From Chloroflexota bacterium (GTDB lineage: Bacteria > Chloroflexota > Anaerolineae > UBA7937 > B3-Chlor), in NCBI GenBank assembly GCA_030613785.1, contig JAUWLF010000010.1:2028-66027 (forward strand): a stretch of 64,000 nucleotides of DNA, written 5' to 3'. The notes below the pieces were generated by a model. That model did no database searches. It was not told the origin of the DNA and saw only the letters and a list, made by a program, of their open reading frames with translations. A program made the translations under genes and the position numbers. The stretch's first letter is position 1. Every line of letters starts with the position of its first letter. This document shows, in pieces, positions 8,734 through 18,210 of the stretch.

Positions 8734-8762
8734 TTGAATGCGCCTGATAGCTGTGCTACAAT
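8734..8762 (+). promoter_or_regulatory. candidate promoter TTGAAT-17-TACAAT upstream of the antitoxin gene
   Basis: Hexamers are at 8734-8739 and 8757-8762 with a 17-nt spacer. Confidence 0.4.
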
Positions 8763-8867
8763 GATTGATGCTTTGACTCTTGCCACGCAACTCTGTCCGG
8801 AATGACGCGCGACTGGAGTAAACCATGGCGCTCCACCCTTGGCTCAAGGGAAGAGGGGGAAGGGGAT

Positions 8868-9122
8868 ATGAAAGCAACAAGAAGGGCAATCGAAACAACA
8901 GGTGTGATCGACGCCCGGCGCCAGCTAATTTTGGATGAGCCGCTGCCTGTAGCTGGGCCAACTCCGGTCCGGGTCATTATCCTGCTGGCGGCAGAAGATG
9001 AAATCGAGGAGGCCGAATGGCTGCGAGCGGCAGCTACCAGCCCCGCCTTCCGCTTCTTGAAAGAGCCCGCAGAGGACATCTACAACCTGGAGGACGGGAG
9101 ACCGTTCAATGACCAAGGGTAA
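8868..9122 (+). CDS. antitoxin-like protein of the type that precedes PemK/MazF toxins
   Basis: ATG at 8868 follows GAAGGGGA. The protein is MKATRRAIETTGVIDARRQLILDEPLPV...VRVIILL...EWLRAAATSPAFRFLKEPAEDIYNLEDGRPFNDQG. I recall this sequence pattern from small proteins upstream of MazF-family toxins. Its stop overlaps the start of a MazF-like fragment. Confidence 0.5.
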   Translation: MKATRRAIETTGVIDARRQLILDEPLPVAGPTPVRVIILLAAEDEIEEAEWLRAAATSPAFRFLKEPAEDIYNLEDGRPFNDQG

Positions 9123-9276
9123 GGTCGTCTTGGTGCCTTTTCCTTTCGATGACCTCTCCACCGCCAAGGTGCGACCAGCGGTCTGTATGACAGAGCCAAG
9201 ACTTCAAGCGCCGGTGCATGAGGCTTCGGCGCAGATCCGTTGCGCTTGGAACGTTGGCTACAGTTCAAGCTCGTGA
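9109..9276 (+). pseudogene. truncated PemK/MazF-family toxin remnant (55 codons)
   Basis: Below the ORF-track cutoff. The ATG at 9109 overlaps the antitoxin end. MTKGKVVLVPFPFDDLSTAKVRPAVCMTEP matches the MazF/PemK N-terminal strand motif. Similarity is then lost and a stop follows at 9274-9276, against a normal length of about 110 aa. Confidence 0.55.
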
Positions 9277-9288
9277 GGCCGCATATTC

Positions 9289-10185
9289 ATGAAACCAAGT
9301 ACTAAGAAAGCCCTCATGTTCGTGGTCTTGACCTTCCTCGCTAGCTGGCTGATTGCAGCCCTGTTCTACGCTGCCGGCGGTAGACTGAATAGCCCCGTCG
9401 CCCTTGCAGTACTCCTTCTCTACATGTTCATGCCCATGACCATGGCCATCATCGTGCAGAAGGTGCTCTACAAGGAATCCCTGAAGCAGCCCCTTGGCAT
9501 CTCTTTCAGGCCGAACCGCTGGTTTGTCGTGGCCTGGCTGCTCCCTGCGGTCCTGGCTTTCGCCACCATCGGTGTGAGTCTGCTTTTTCCCGGAGTGGAG
9601 TACTCCCCAGAGATGACCGGGTTCTTTGAGAGGATCGGCTCCGCTCTCACACCGGAGCAACTGGACGAGGCTAAGCGTCAACTGGGCGCTCTTCCCGTCC
9701 ACGTCATCTGGCTGGGCCTGGTCCAGGGCCTCATCGCGGGCATCACCATCAATGCCGTTGCCGCGTTCGGCGAGGAACTGGGATGGAGAGGGCTCCTCCA
9801 GAAGGAACTGGGCTACCTGGGTTTCTGGAAGTCATCGGCTCTCATCGGCCTGATCTGGGGAGTGTGGCACGCCCCTATCATCATCCAGGGACACAACTAC
9901 CCTCAACACCCTGTGGCAGGCGTGGTGATGATGACCGTCTGGACTATGCTGCTCTCACCCATTTTTAGCTACGTCAGGCTGAAGGCGAAATCCGTCATTG
10001 CTGCCGCCATCATCCATGGGTCGCTGAACGCCACGGCCGGACTGTCCCTCATGGTGATAGCGGGAGGAAGCGACTTGACCGTTGGGATCACCGGACTGGC
10101 AGGCTTCATCGTACTTGCGGTGGCCAATGTTGCGATCTTCGTCTACGACCGGTTCTTGGCCAAAGAGCCCTGTACAATCACGTGA
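9289..10185 (+). CDS. CPBP family intramembrane glutamic endopeptidase (CAAX protease-like)
   Basis: Multi-TM protein with the motifs FGEELGWRGLL (EExxxR), WGVWH (FxxxH-type) and IIHGSLNA (HxxxN). Confidence 0.9.
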   Translation: MKPSTKKALMFVVLTFLASWLIAALFYAAGGRLNSPVALAVLLLYMFMPMTMAIIVQKVLYKESLKQPLGISFRPNRWFVVAWLLPAVLAFATIGVSLLFPGVEYSPEMTGFFERIGSALTPEQLDEAKRQLGALPVHVIWLGLVQGLIAGITINAVAAFGEELGWRGLLQKELGYLGFWKSSALIGLIWGVWHAPIIIQGHNYPQHPVAGVVMMTVWTMLLSPIFSYVRLKAKSVIAAAIIHGSLNATAGLSLMVIAGGSDLTVGITGLAGFIVLAVANVAIFVYDRFLAKEPCTIT

Positions 10186-10250
10186 CCAACAGGTGCACTG
10201 TTGCACCTCCAGTCCATGATGCACATCTCTAGTAAAGGAGGAAGAAGCTC

Positions 10251-10427
10251 ATGAAAGAGATACAGCCAATCCTGCAACTGGTCTTCAAGGCCGTTGCGCT
10301 GGGCATGGCTGTGGCGAGCGTGGTACTTAGCATCATGGGCGTGACCACCGCTGAAACGAATGTGATGCTCCTTGGAATCGGCCTCTTTGCCCTGTCCCTC
10401 GCCGCCCTCAACCAGGACCAGGAGTAA
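10251..10427 (+). CDS. small (58 aa) two-TM membrane protein
   Basis: Below the ORF-track cutoff. AAAGGAGG lies 10 nt upstream of the ATG. The protein is MKEIQPILQLVFKAVALGMAVASVVLSIMGVTTAETNVMLLGIGLFALSLAALNQDQE. Confidence 0.5.
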   Translation: MKEIQPILQLVFKAVALGMAVASVVLSIMGVTTAETNVMLLGIGLFALSLAALNQDQE

Positions 10428-10505
10428 CACGGCCCCAGGTCCCTGCGTCATACAATGACCTGGACCGTTTCACGTCATGATCGACAACGAAGGAAGTGAA
10501 AGCAC

Positions 10506-11084
10506 GTGATAGCTACTCTTCAAGGGACGGTCACAGCCAAGGGCGAGGACTTCATGATTGTGGAGACCGGCGGGATTGGCTTCAGGGTCCACGTCCCTAC
10601 TTCACTCTCTGCCCAGTGGGGAACCCTGGGCCGGCAAGTGGAGCTCTTCACCCACCTCCACTTGCGGGAGAACCTCGTGTCTCTGTACGGCTTCGAAACA
10701 CAGGAGGCGCTAGGTTTCTTCGAACTGCTGTTGGGCGTATCGGGCATCGGGCCCAAGGTGGCCTTGGCCATTCTCTCTGCCGGCAGGGTGGATGCCCTGC
10801 GCACGGCCATCGCCAGCGGCGACACCGATTACCTGATCCTGATGCCAGGCATCGGCAAGAAGACGGCACAGCGTATCATCCTCGATTTGAGAGGGAAGAT
10901 CGAAGAGGAGGAACTGGTTCCCGCGCTCCCCCTCAGTCCAGTGGACGAGGATGTGATCGCGGCCCTCACCTCTATGGGGTACAGCCACTCCGAAGCCAGA
11001 GAGGCTCTGGCCTCGCTGCCGGAGGAAGAGATAACCCTGGAGGAGCGGCTAGTGCAGGCTATCCGCTACTTCGGCGGCCACTAA
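10506..11084 (+). CDS. ruvA: Holliday junction branch migration protein RuvA
   Basis: MIATLQGTV...GIGFRVHVP...LYGFETQEALGFFELLLGVSGIGPKVALAILS...LILMPGIGKKTAQRIILDLRGK. The start is GTG. Confidence 0.95.
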   Translation: MIATLQGTVTAKGEDFMIVETGGIGFRVHVPTSLSAQWGTLGRQVELFTHLHLRENLVSLYGFETQEALGFFELLLGVSGIGPKVALAILSAGRVDALRTAIASGDTDYLILMPGIGKKTAQRIILDLRGKIEEEELVPALPLSPVDEDVIAALTSMGYSHSEAREALASLPEEEITLEERLVQAIRYFGGH

Positions 11085-11094
11085 CCCACCCTCT

Positions 11095-11727
11095 TCACTG
11101 CGAGGGGCTCCGTTCCCGCAACTGTTCGATGAAATCCTCCACCTGTGCCCGATCCTCGGCCTCGGGCACCAGCTCCAGGTACATCCCCAGGTCGGCGATG
11201 GCGTCCTCGTACTCGCCCAATCGGTAGTGGATCAAACCCCGATTGAAGTACGCGAGCGCCAGGCTGTCGTCAAGTTCCAGTGCCGTGTCGTAGTCTTGTA
11301 GCGCCCTCTCCTCGTCACCGAGGCTGGCGCGGGCGTTGCCTCGGTTGTTGTAGGCCTTGGCATACTGGGGATCGAGTTCGATGGCTGAAGTGTAGTCGGC
11401 GACTGCCCGTTCCATGTGCTCGACCGCCTCATCGGGCAGCACGGGGGCGTTCTCCGGCCCCACTCCGGTCTCCTCGACGATCACCTGGACCGCGTAGTCG
11501 TAGTGGCTCCTGCCGCGCAGAAAGAAGACCTCAGCGCTCGTGAGGTCCATCTCCATCGCCGCGCTGAAGTGATCAATGGCTTCGAGGTACAAGCCCTCCT
11601 CGCTGAGCGATTTCCCCCGCTCCACATAGGCCTCAGCGTCCTCGAGAGCGGGAAAGGTCTCCGGCACCGGGCTCGCGCAGGCTGCGGCCAACATCGCGAC
11701 GACGATCAAGACTAGAAACCGTCTCAT
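11095..11727 (-). CDS. TPR-repeat lipoprotein
   Basis: Lipobox LAAAC in [20 protein letters not shown], followed by several TPR-like repeats ([51 protein letters not shown]). Confidence 0.85.
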   Translation of the reverse strand: MRRFLVLIVVAMLAAACASPVPETFPALEDAEAYVERGKSLSEEGLYLEAIDHFSAAMEMDLTSAEVFFLRGRSHYDYAVQVIVEETGVGPENAPVLPDEAVEHMERAVADYTSAIELDPQYAKAYNNRGNARASLGDEERALQDYDTALELDDSLALAYFNRGLIHYRLGEYEDAIADLGMYLELVPEAEDRAQVEDFIEQLRERSPSQ

Positions 11728-12662
11728 CTGGTCTCCTCCTCAAATGCAGGTGCCAGGTACCGGTCGAAGAAGCTGAGAACCCTCTCCCGATACTCCTCGG
11801 GGTAGACCTGATCCACCTCCCTGTGCCCCGCCTCGGGGGCGATCCACAACTCCTTGGGCTGCCCTGCCCTGTCGTATAGACGGCGTACATCCTCGGTGGA
11901 GATGTACCAGTCACGGTCCCCGTGAATCAGCAACAACGCACGGGGCGCTATCTTGTCCACCCAGCGGATGGGATCGCTCTCCTCCAGATCGCATCCTACC
12001 CTTCGTCCGGCCAGCCAAAGGACGAACGGGCCCAGGAGGCGGATGATCCACGTGGGCAATCCCCGCTCCTCTGCACCCCTGGCGAGGGCTTTCCTCAGTT
12101 GTATGAAAGCGCCGTCGGAGATCACGGCTACGATCTCCTCACGCACCGCAGCGGTAGTCATGCCCACCACCGCTCCCAGCGAGAACCCTAACACCCCCAC
12201 GGACGAGATGCCTTTGCTGCGTAGCAAGTCTACCGCTCCCAGCAGATCTTTGCGCTCGTGGAAGCCAAAGGAGGTGTAGTTGCCCTCGCTCCGGCCGTGA
12301 CCACGAAAGTCGAAAAGGAAGCAGCTGTAGCCAGCCTCGCGAAGGAATGGGGTATATCTCAAGTCCGCATCCTTGCTGCCGAACCGCCCGTGGCCGAAGA
12401 CAACCGTCCCTCTGCTGCCCGACGCCCAGTCGTCATCCTCCAGGGAGAACGCCGCAACGCCTCCAGCAGGTATGAACCACCCGTGTAGCGTCAGACCATC
12501 GGTGCTGGGGAAGAGAACCTCGGTGAAGGGAAGGCCATACTCGTCTGGTCTGCTCAGCTCATCGGGCTCAGGCGACTTGATCAACTCCGTGGACCACCGC
12601 CAAGCCACCAGGCCGACAACGACCACTGCAAGCACCATGACAATAGAAACTAAGGCGAACAC
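11724..12662 (-). CDS. alpha/beta hydrolase with N-terminal membrane anchor
   Basis: GFSLGA nucleophile elbow, HGRFGS, and the late HGDRD and GH motifs. An ATGA overlap links it to the downstream TPR gene. Confidence 0.85.
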   Translation of the reverse strand: MFALVSIVMVLAVVVVGLVAWRWSTELIKSPEPDELSRPDEYGLPFTEVLFPSTDGLTLHGWFIPAGGVAAFSLEDDDWASGSRGTVVFGHGRFGSKDADLRYTPFLREAGYSCFLFDFRGHGRSEGNYTSFGFHERKDLLGAVDLLRSKGISSVGVLGFSLGAVVGMTTAAVREEIVAVISDGAFIQLRKALARGAEERGLPTWIIRLLGPFVLWLAGRRVGCDLEESDPIRWVDKIAPRALLLIHGDRDWYISTEDVRRLYDRAGQPKELWIAPEAGHREVDQVYPEEYRERVLSFFDRYLAPAFEEETR

Positions 12663-12774
12663 GACGACTCTTATATCCTCCCTACAACGCTAGAGACGGC
12701 ATCCACGGTTCCCGGAAATCACGTTGCCGCAACCGACTGACCAACGCAGACTATTCCAAACACCCCCGAGTCAC

Positions 12775-13431
12775 TCAGTTCGGAAACAGGCGAGGCACCT
12801 TCTGTGCATACTCCTCGTACTCCTCACCGAAATGAGCTGCCAGTTCGCGGTCTTCCAGAATGGCGAGCAACCAGAGCGCAACAGTGAATAACACCCAGTT
12901 AGCGTCGAGGGAGTGATGATAGGCCCCATAGGCCAATGTGGGAAACCCAGCTGGATTGAACAGCCTATTCCCAAAGAACGTCATCCCGATCACGGAAAGG
13001 AACTGCGGGTGGCGCATGATTGCGTAAGGCCCGATGGTAGTCAGAGGGTCATCCGCATGTCGAAACAAGAATGAGCGCCGCAACCCCAGCGTAACCACAG
13101 CCCATATCCCCAGACCAGAAAAGAGGGCTATAGCCAGCCAGCATAACACATCCGTCAAATTGGCCCTCGGCAGCCAGCCTACTGTCACGCCTGGCATGAC
13201 GTAGCCAGGTTCCGGAGCGTAGAGGGCAAACCAACCGATGGCGATGAGCAACATGCCCAGGGGCCGCACCATTGCCGAGAGCAGGTAGAACACCGAACCC
13301 CATCGTTGCCCCAGTTGATGGGTGTAGCGCGTCAGCCACAGACAGATCACTCCACTCAGCCACACCAGCGGTGCGTATGGGTGCAGTGGTGCCAACGCCG
13401 CAATGTAGATCGGAAAGATGGGAGGAAACAT
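12775..13431 (-). CDS. isoprenylcysteine carboxyl / phospholipid methyltransferase family membrane protein
   Basis: Multi-TM protein. GPYAIMRHPQFLS and EDRELAAHFGEEYEEYAQKVPRLFP match the ICMT/PEMT C-terminal signature. Confidence 0.8.
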   Translation of the reverse strand: MFPPIFPIYIAALAPLHPYAPLVWLSGVICLWLTRYTHQLGQRWGSVFYLLSAMVRPLGMLLIAIGWFALYAPEPGYVMPGVTVGWLPRANLTDVLCWLAIALFSGLGIWAVVTLGLRRSFLFRHADDPLTTIGPYAIMRHPQFLSVIGMTFFGNRLFNPAGFPTLAYGAYHHSLDANWVLFTVALWLLAILEDRELAAHFGEEYEEYAQKVPRLFPN

Positions 13432-13659
13432 GGCTTTACACCTCTTTCCGACGAATCGTGTTTCTGTTGATACTTCTCCTCAGCGCCGAGCACGCACAGA
13501 TCGACAAGCTCTCTGGAGACCTCTCTGCGTTCTCAGCGGACTCAGAAGTGCAGGAGTGATCCCACAGGCATTATATCGGATTCGGTGGCCTCTGACAATG
13601 GGGGCTGTCAATTGCAATGCCTCGCAAGGGCGGCTAGAATACCGACCAGGAGGCGACCG

Positions 13660-14388
13660 ATGGTAGACAAGAGACCCTTGATCGGCCTCGATTGCCGGTA
13701 CGAGAGGCATGCCGAGTACGAAGTTCTCGACAAGTTGTACATCCACATGCCCTACCACCACGCCCTCATCGCAGCGGGTGCCCTGCCGCTGATCATCCCC
13801 ATCGTCGATGACCGCGCCCTGCTCTCCCAGTACCTGGATGCCCTCGATGGGTTCTTGTTCACGGGAGGCCTTGACGTACCTACCCACGCCTATGGCCAGC
13901 CGAAGCACTCCGAGACCAAGGAGTGCGATCCCAAGAGGTACGCCTGCGACAAGCTCCTCGCCGAACTGCTCCTCCAAAGGGACATGCCAGTACTCGCCAT
14001 ATGTATGGGCCAGCAACTGATCAACGTGGCCTACGGGGGCACACTGATCCAGCACATCGAGACCGACATACAGCACACACAGGTCGAGCCAGGGCAGGAC
14101 AGCTTCCATCCCATCACCATTGAGGAGGACAGCCTGCTCCACGAGATTTTGGGAACCACAGAACTAGAGGTCAACTCCGCGCATCATCAAGCCGTGGACA
14201 GGCCTGCGCCAGGACTCCGAGTACTAGCCCGTGCACCCGATGGGGTAGTGGAAGCGGTGCAAATGACCGACAGACGGTTCTTCTTGGGCGTCCAGTGGCA
14301 CCCGGAGCGCATAGCAAGCAGGCCCGAGCAACGACAGTTGTTCACCGCCTTCGTCGCCGCCGCTTCGGAACGTCGTGGTTCTATCTAG
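13660..14388 (+). CDS. gamma-glutamyl-gamma-aminobutyrate hydrolase family / peptidase C26 class-I glutamine amidotransferase
   Basis: The motifs LAICMGQQL (nucleophile Cys), NSAHHQAV and GVQWHPE. The ATG at 13660 has AGGAGG 7 nt upstream; the ORF track start at 13585 is less likely. Confidence 0.9.
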   Translation: MVDKRPLIGLDCRYERHAEYEVLDKLYIHMPYHHALIAAGALPLIIPIVDDRALLSQYLDALDGFLFTGGLDVPTHAYGQPKHSETKECDPKRYACDKLLAELLLQRDMPVLAICMGQQLINVAYGGTLIQHIETDIQHTQVEPGQDSFHPITIEEDSLLHEILGTTELEVNSAHHQAVDRPAPGLRVLARAPDGVVEAVQMTDRRFFLGVQWHPERIASRPEQRQLFTAFVAAASERRGSI

Positions 14389-14805
14389 GTCATGACTCTG
14401 TTCAGCACTCCGAGCACTGTCCGATCGCGGGAGTATGCTCAATGTCTCTGTGTGAGAGGGCATCACTGAGCCACCCTGTCTGGCGGGAAGCGCGGTCCGG
14501 CGGTGATCCGGCGGAAACCATCCTTCGATACGTCCTTCGACACGGTGCTTCGCACCTACTCAGGACTACCCAGGATCAACCCCACGGGAGGCAGGGGTGA
14601 AGACGGAGACTGCCAGAGCCCACTCCGAGAATTGAATGGTCATGCCGAACCATATCCTGACGCTGGATAGCCCCGCCCCGAATCGAGAAGTCCCAGAGGG
14701 ACTCGATGTCTTGAGCCACAAGATTCCGTTCCCGGTCCGTTCGGGCGCTCGGTACCTTGCCACGAGTACGAACCGTGCCGGAAGGTCAACCCTCCCTCAA
14801 GCTGG

Positions 14806-15594
14806 ATGCGTGTGGTCACAAAGCGCATGAACGATAAGCCAGAAATCTACGCTTCTGCCCTTTTCCTACCGGTAGCTCTGATACTGGCAGCTTGCCAGCC
14901 CGGGGCGGTCCCCCAGTCCCTCGCCGCGACACCACAGTGGATAGCCTATACCTATCTCGATGGCGAGAACGTCTACGCCCCCCAACGGCTGGCGCAGCCT
15001 CCAACACGGGGTAGCTTTACCGAGACCGAGTTCGAAAGGACTCCGGAGGGCACACGTCTGCGTGCCGTGCTGAGAGACGGCACACTATACGTCTATCTGG
15101 ACATTGATCAGATATGGACTAGCGATCCTTCGTGGGATGTACGGCAGATGCTGGTGGCCGACCTGGATGACGACGGCCAGGACGAGGCCGCCTTCGTTGT
15201 CTGGAAGCCCCTCACCCTGGAGCCCAGCGTCTTCCACGACGTTTTCCGCTTCGAGTCACCTTTTGTGGAAGGCAGTGCGCGGAACCATCTCTTTCTCTAT
15301 GGTTGGCGAGACGGCGAATGGCGCGCCACGTGGTGCAGTTCTCCTATCGCCGATCCCATACACATGATGGCCGCCGGCGACGTTGACGGCGACGGAGCCA
15401 ACGAACTGGTGCTCTTGGAAGTGAGCTACGATGACGACCCCGATGAGGCGGCACGCCACGTGGCAGTCTGGCGCTGGAACGGCTGGGGCTTCACCCTGCA
15501 ATGGCGCAGCAACCCAGGTCGATTCTGCGACCTGATGTTGCAGGACCTCACCGGCGATGAAGTGCCAGAGATACTAGTGCAAGATGGATGCTGA
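14806..15594 (+). CDS. lipoprotein with FG-GAP/VCBS-like repeats
   Basis: Lipobox LILAAC. Ca-binding-like repeats ADLDDDGQDEAAF, AAGDVDGDGANELVL and QDLTGDEVPEILV. Confidence 0.7.
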   Translation: MRVVTKRMNDKPEIYASALFLPVALILAACQPGAVPQSLAATPQWIAYTYLDGENVYAPQRLAQPPTRGSFTETEFERTPEGTRLRAVLRDGTLYVYLDIDQIWTSDPSWDVRQMLVADLDDDGQDEAAFVVWKPLTLEPSVFHDVFRFESPFVEGSARNHLFLYGWRDGEWRATWCSSPIADPIHMMAAGDVDGDGANELVLLEVSYDDDPDEAARHVAVWRWNGWGFTLQWRSNPGRFCDLMLQDLTGDEVPEILVQDGC

Positions 15595-15616
15595 GACGAG
15601 GAAGGAGCTTGCCTTG

Positions 15617-17899
15617 ATGATTGCCACACTCTGCCAACGCCTCTTCTTGAGTGTATCTGTCGTGATCATGGTGCTGGCTGGTTCCCTGAGCGGGTGCGCC
15701 GCCCCCACCCCCGAGCCGCCTCAACCTGCGCCGACAGCGGCCTTGACCACCGCGCCGCAGATCAGCCCCGCCGCCACACCCACCCTCGAAGCGGCACCCA
15801 GCCCTACACCAACCCCCAGTCCTGAACCCACGATTGAGCCCACGCCGACTTCGACGGAAGAGCCCGGTCCCCGGGTCGGTTTCCTGGCCAGCCCCGTTCT
15901 CGCTACCCGGGTGGGCTTCGCCACCTACGGGCCGCTGGAGACAACCGTTCCGCCCAGCCACGCGGGCTACACTCTACCAGTGGACCTCAACAACGTGATT
16001 CTTGACGACGACTTTGAGTTCAGCCAGGGCCAGGAGGGGTTGCTGACTCACAACGGGTTCGTGGTGTCGCCGGCCGAATACCGGGAGTTCTTCCAGTTGT
16101 ACGAGCAGGCCAGGTACGCGGAGTTGCCCATCTTCATCACCACCGACTCCGTGTACCACGTCTACCACTTGCTCTTCGACAAGGTCCTTCGCAACCTGGA
16201 AGATGAACGATTCCAAGCTGACCTGTCCACGTTGAGCGCGGGGATGCTGTGGGCGGCTCAGTCCCAGTATGAGGCCCTGGAGGGGATGAGCCTTGAAGAG
16301 CCTGCGCGCCGCAATTTCGCCTACTTCGCGGTGGCCAACCGACTGCTAGACCCCGACATCGCCATATCCGAGGTGGTGAGAGACGACGTCGAGGCGGAAC
16401 TGGCCCTCATCGAGGCGCATCGGGGCTTCTTCGTCTCTCCAATTCTGGGCTACGAGGAGGACTATAGCCAGTACGTGCCTCGCGGTCACTACGCCAAAAA
16501 CGAGTCCAGGCAGCGGTATTTCAAGGCCATGATGTGGTATGGACGGATCAACTTCCGACTCAAAGAGAGAGGAGAAACCCTCTCCGCGCTGCTCATGGCC
16601 CAGGCTCTGGCCAACACCCAGATCGACGAGCAGCCTGCCTCGCAAATCTGGGAGCGTATCTATGAGCCCACCTCATTCCTTGTCGGCGTCAGCGATGACC
16701 TGGACATCTACGACTATCATCCTCTGATGGAAGAGGTGTACGGCCCAGTCGGCAGCGATCCGACCATCTTCGCCGACGACGAGAAGCTGACCCAGTTTAT
16801 CGACGCGGCAAAGGAGTTGCCGCCACCTCAGATCAACTCCATGTGGGTCTGGGTCTGGGAGGATCGTGAGGAGGCCACCCAGGGCTTCCGATTCATGGGC
16901 CAGCGCTTCGTCATTGACGCCTACATCTTCCAGCAACTGATGTTCCGGAACGTGGGCACGCTGGCGGATCCGCGCATGCTGCCCAAGGGGCTGGACATCT
17001 TCTCCGCCATGGGATCCGAAGAGGCTTATGGCATCCTGTCGGAGATGGACGAGCCCCACTACCTCAACTACGATCGACAGATGAACAAGCTGCGGGGAGA
17101 GATCGCCGCCCTGGAGACGGATAGCTGGACCCAGAACCTGTACTGGGCCTGGCTGTACAGCTTCCATCCCCTCATCGAAGTGAAAGGGAACGGCTACCCG
17201 GCCTTCATGCGCAATCAGGCCTGGACGCGCAAAGACCTCCATACCGCCCTGGGTAGCTGGACCGAACTGAAGCACGACACCATACTCTATGCCAAGCAGG
17301 CCTACGCCGAACTGGGCGGAGGGCCCATGGAGCTGGAGCTGCAAGGGTACGTCGAGCCCAACCCGGAGGCCTTCGCCCGGCTGGCGGCGTTGACCAAGAT
17401 GACCATTGAGGGCCTGGAGGCACGGGATCTGCTGTCCGGGGTGGACAGGGACAACCTGGAGCGCCTGGAGAGGCTCCTTATCTTGCTGAAGGACATCGCG
17501 GAGAAGGAGCTCCAGGGCACCCCTCTCAACGAAGAGGAACAGGACGTGATCCACTTCTACGGAGGGCTGCTGGAAGGGCTGACCCTCGCGGCGGCTGATC
17601 AGGACGAGGGTGAAGGAGGACGCTCCTTCCTCGAGGACGAGGAGGCAGCAGTGATCGCCGACGTAGCGACCGATCCCTTGGGCAGCGTCCTGGAGGAGGG
17701 CGTGGGACGCATCTTCGAGATCTACGTCGTCGTGGGCATGGAGGGAAGACTGTACATGACCAAAGGAGGCGTCTTCTCGTACTACGAATTCCCGTGGCCG
17801 ATGAGTGATCGTCTGACCGACGAGGCCTGGCGCGAGATGCTGGACGCCGGACAGGCACCAGATCGCCCTCATTGGACCGAGAGCTTCGTGGCACAATGA
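15617..17899 (+). CDS. large exported lipoprotein, DUF3160-like (tentative)
   Basis: The ORF track gives 15584..17899. The ATG at 15617 follows AGGAAGGAG. A signal and lipobox (LSGC) are followed by a Pro/Thr-rich linker and a ~650-aa globular part. I recall the FRFMGQRFVIDAYIFQ region from DUF3160 proteins but cannot verify that here. Confidence 0.7.
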   Translation: MIATLCQRLFLSVSVVIMVLAGSLSGCAAPTPEPPQPAPTAALTTAPQISPAATPTLEAAPSPTPTPSPEPTIEPTPTSTEEPGPRVGFLASPVLATRVGFATYGPLETTVPPSHAGYTLPVDLNNVILDDDFEFSQGQEGLLTHNGFVVSPAEYREFFQLYEQARYAELPIFITTDSVYHVYHLLFDKVLRNLEDERFQADLSTLSAGMLWAAQSQYEALEGMSLEEPARRNFAYFAVANRLLDPDIAISEVVRDDVEAELALIEAHRGFFVSPILGYEEDYSQYVPRGHYAKNESRQRYFKAMMWYGRINFRLKERGETLSALLMAQALANTQIDEQPASQIWERIYEPTSFLVGVSDDLDIYDYHPLMEEVYGPVGSDPTIFADDEKLTQFIDAAKELPPPQINSMWVWVWEDREEATQGFRFMGQRFVIDAYIFQQLMFRNVGTLADPRMLPKGLDIFSAMGSEEAYGILSEMDEPHYLNYDRQMNKLRGEIAALETDSWTQNLYWAWLYSFHPLIEVKGNGYPAFMRNQAWTRKDLHTALGSWTELKHDTILYAKQAYAELGGGPMELELQGYVEPNPEAFARLAALTKMTIEGLEARDLLSGVDRDNLERLERLLILLKDIAEKELQGTPLNEEEQDVIHFYGGLLEGLTLAAADQDEGEGGRSFLEDEEAAVIADVATDPLGSVLEEGVGRIFEIYVVVGMEGRLYMTKGGVFSYYEFPWPMSDRLTDEAWREMLDAGQAPDRPHWTESFVAQ

Positions 17900-18210
17900 A
17901 CAAAGCGCGTACGAAGATGGACGCAAGCATCCCCCGCAACATGGCTCCTTTCTTCCAAGAGTACGACCTCGACAAGCTCAATCTCGTGAGGAGCTCACAG
18001 ACGATCATCGAGCGCAGGTTGCAGTACGGCAACCGCGACGAGTTGGCCTGGCTGTTCCAGCAGTATGATCGAGGCCAAGTAGCCGATTGGGTCAGGCGGT
18101 TGGGCGCCCGACGCTTGTTCAGAAGGAACTTCGACTTCTGGCGTCTGATGTTAGACGTGGACGACGCAGAAGATCCATTCAAAGGCGCGGACAGGATATG
18201 GCCCCATTGA
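17896..18210 (+). CDS. small conserved partner protein upstream of AbiEii-type nucleotidyltransferase (possible antitoxin)
   Basis: The ATG at 17896 forms an ATGA overlap with the stop of the preceding gene. FFQEYDLDKLNL...IIERRLQYGNRDELAWLF resembles the ~100-aa proteins that precede short AbiEii-like NTases. I recall these as DUF6922 but cannot check. Confidence 0.6.
   Translation: MNKARTKMDASIPRNMAPFFQEYDLDKLNLVRSSQTIIERRLQYGNRDELAWLFQQYDRGQVADWVRRLGARRLFRRNFDFWRLMLDVDDAEDPFKGADRIWPH

Noticed and set aside
8358-8786. A 142-aa minus-strand ORF between the glycosylase gene and the antitoxin promoter.
   Set aside because: It overlaps the 5' end of the glycosylase gene and the plus-strand promoter. 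It has no RBS and no recognisable family. The region is better read as a ~400-nt intergenic spacer.
10496-11227. A 243-aa plus-strand ORF overlapping ruvA in another frame.
   Set aside because: The RuvA frame carries the family motifs, whereas this frame is Arg/Gly/Pro-rich noise.
13480-14142. A 220-aa minus-strand ORF, with similar antisense ORFs at 21360..21935, 23983..24525, 24923..25603, 31857..32468, 51894..52565 and 59612..60310.
   Set aside because: Each is antisense to a gene with a recognisable family signature, and none has its own RBS or motif.
14500-14580. The sequence TCCTTCGATACGTCCTTCGACACGGTGCTTCGCACCTACTCAGGACTACCC, and a similar-flavoured stretch at 27640..27720 (GGCTCACTTCGTTCGCGGATGACGCGGG), which resemble dispersed intergenic repeat families of GC-rich genomes.
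   Set aside because: Each occurs once here and they are not clearly similar to each other, so repeat status cannot be shown from this window.
16673-17926. A 417-aa minus-strand ORF.
   Set aside because: It is antisense to the DUF3160-like gene and has a low-complexity translation. The plus-strand gene has a signal peptide, lipobox and coherent composition.
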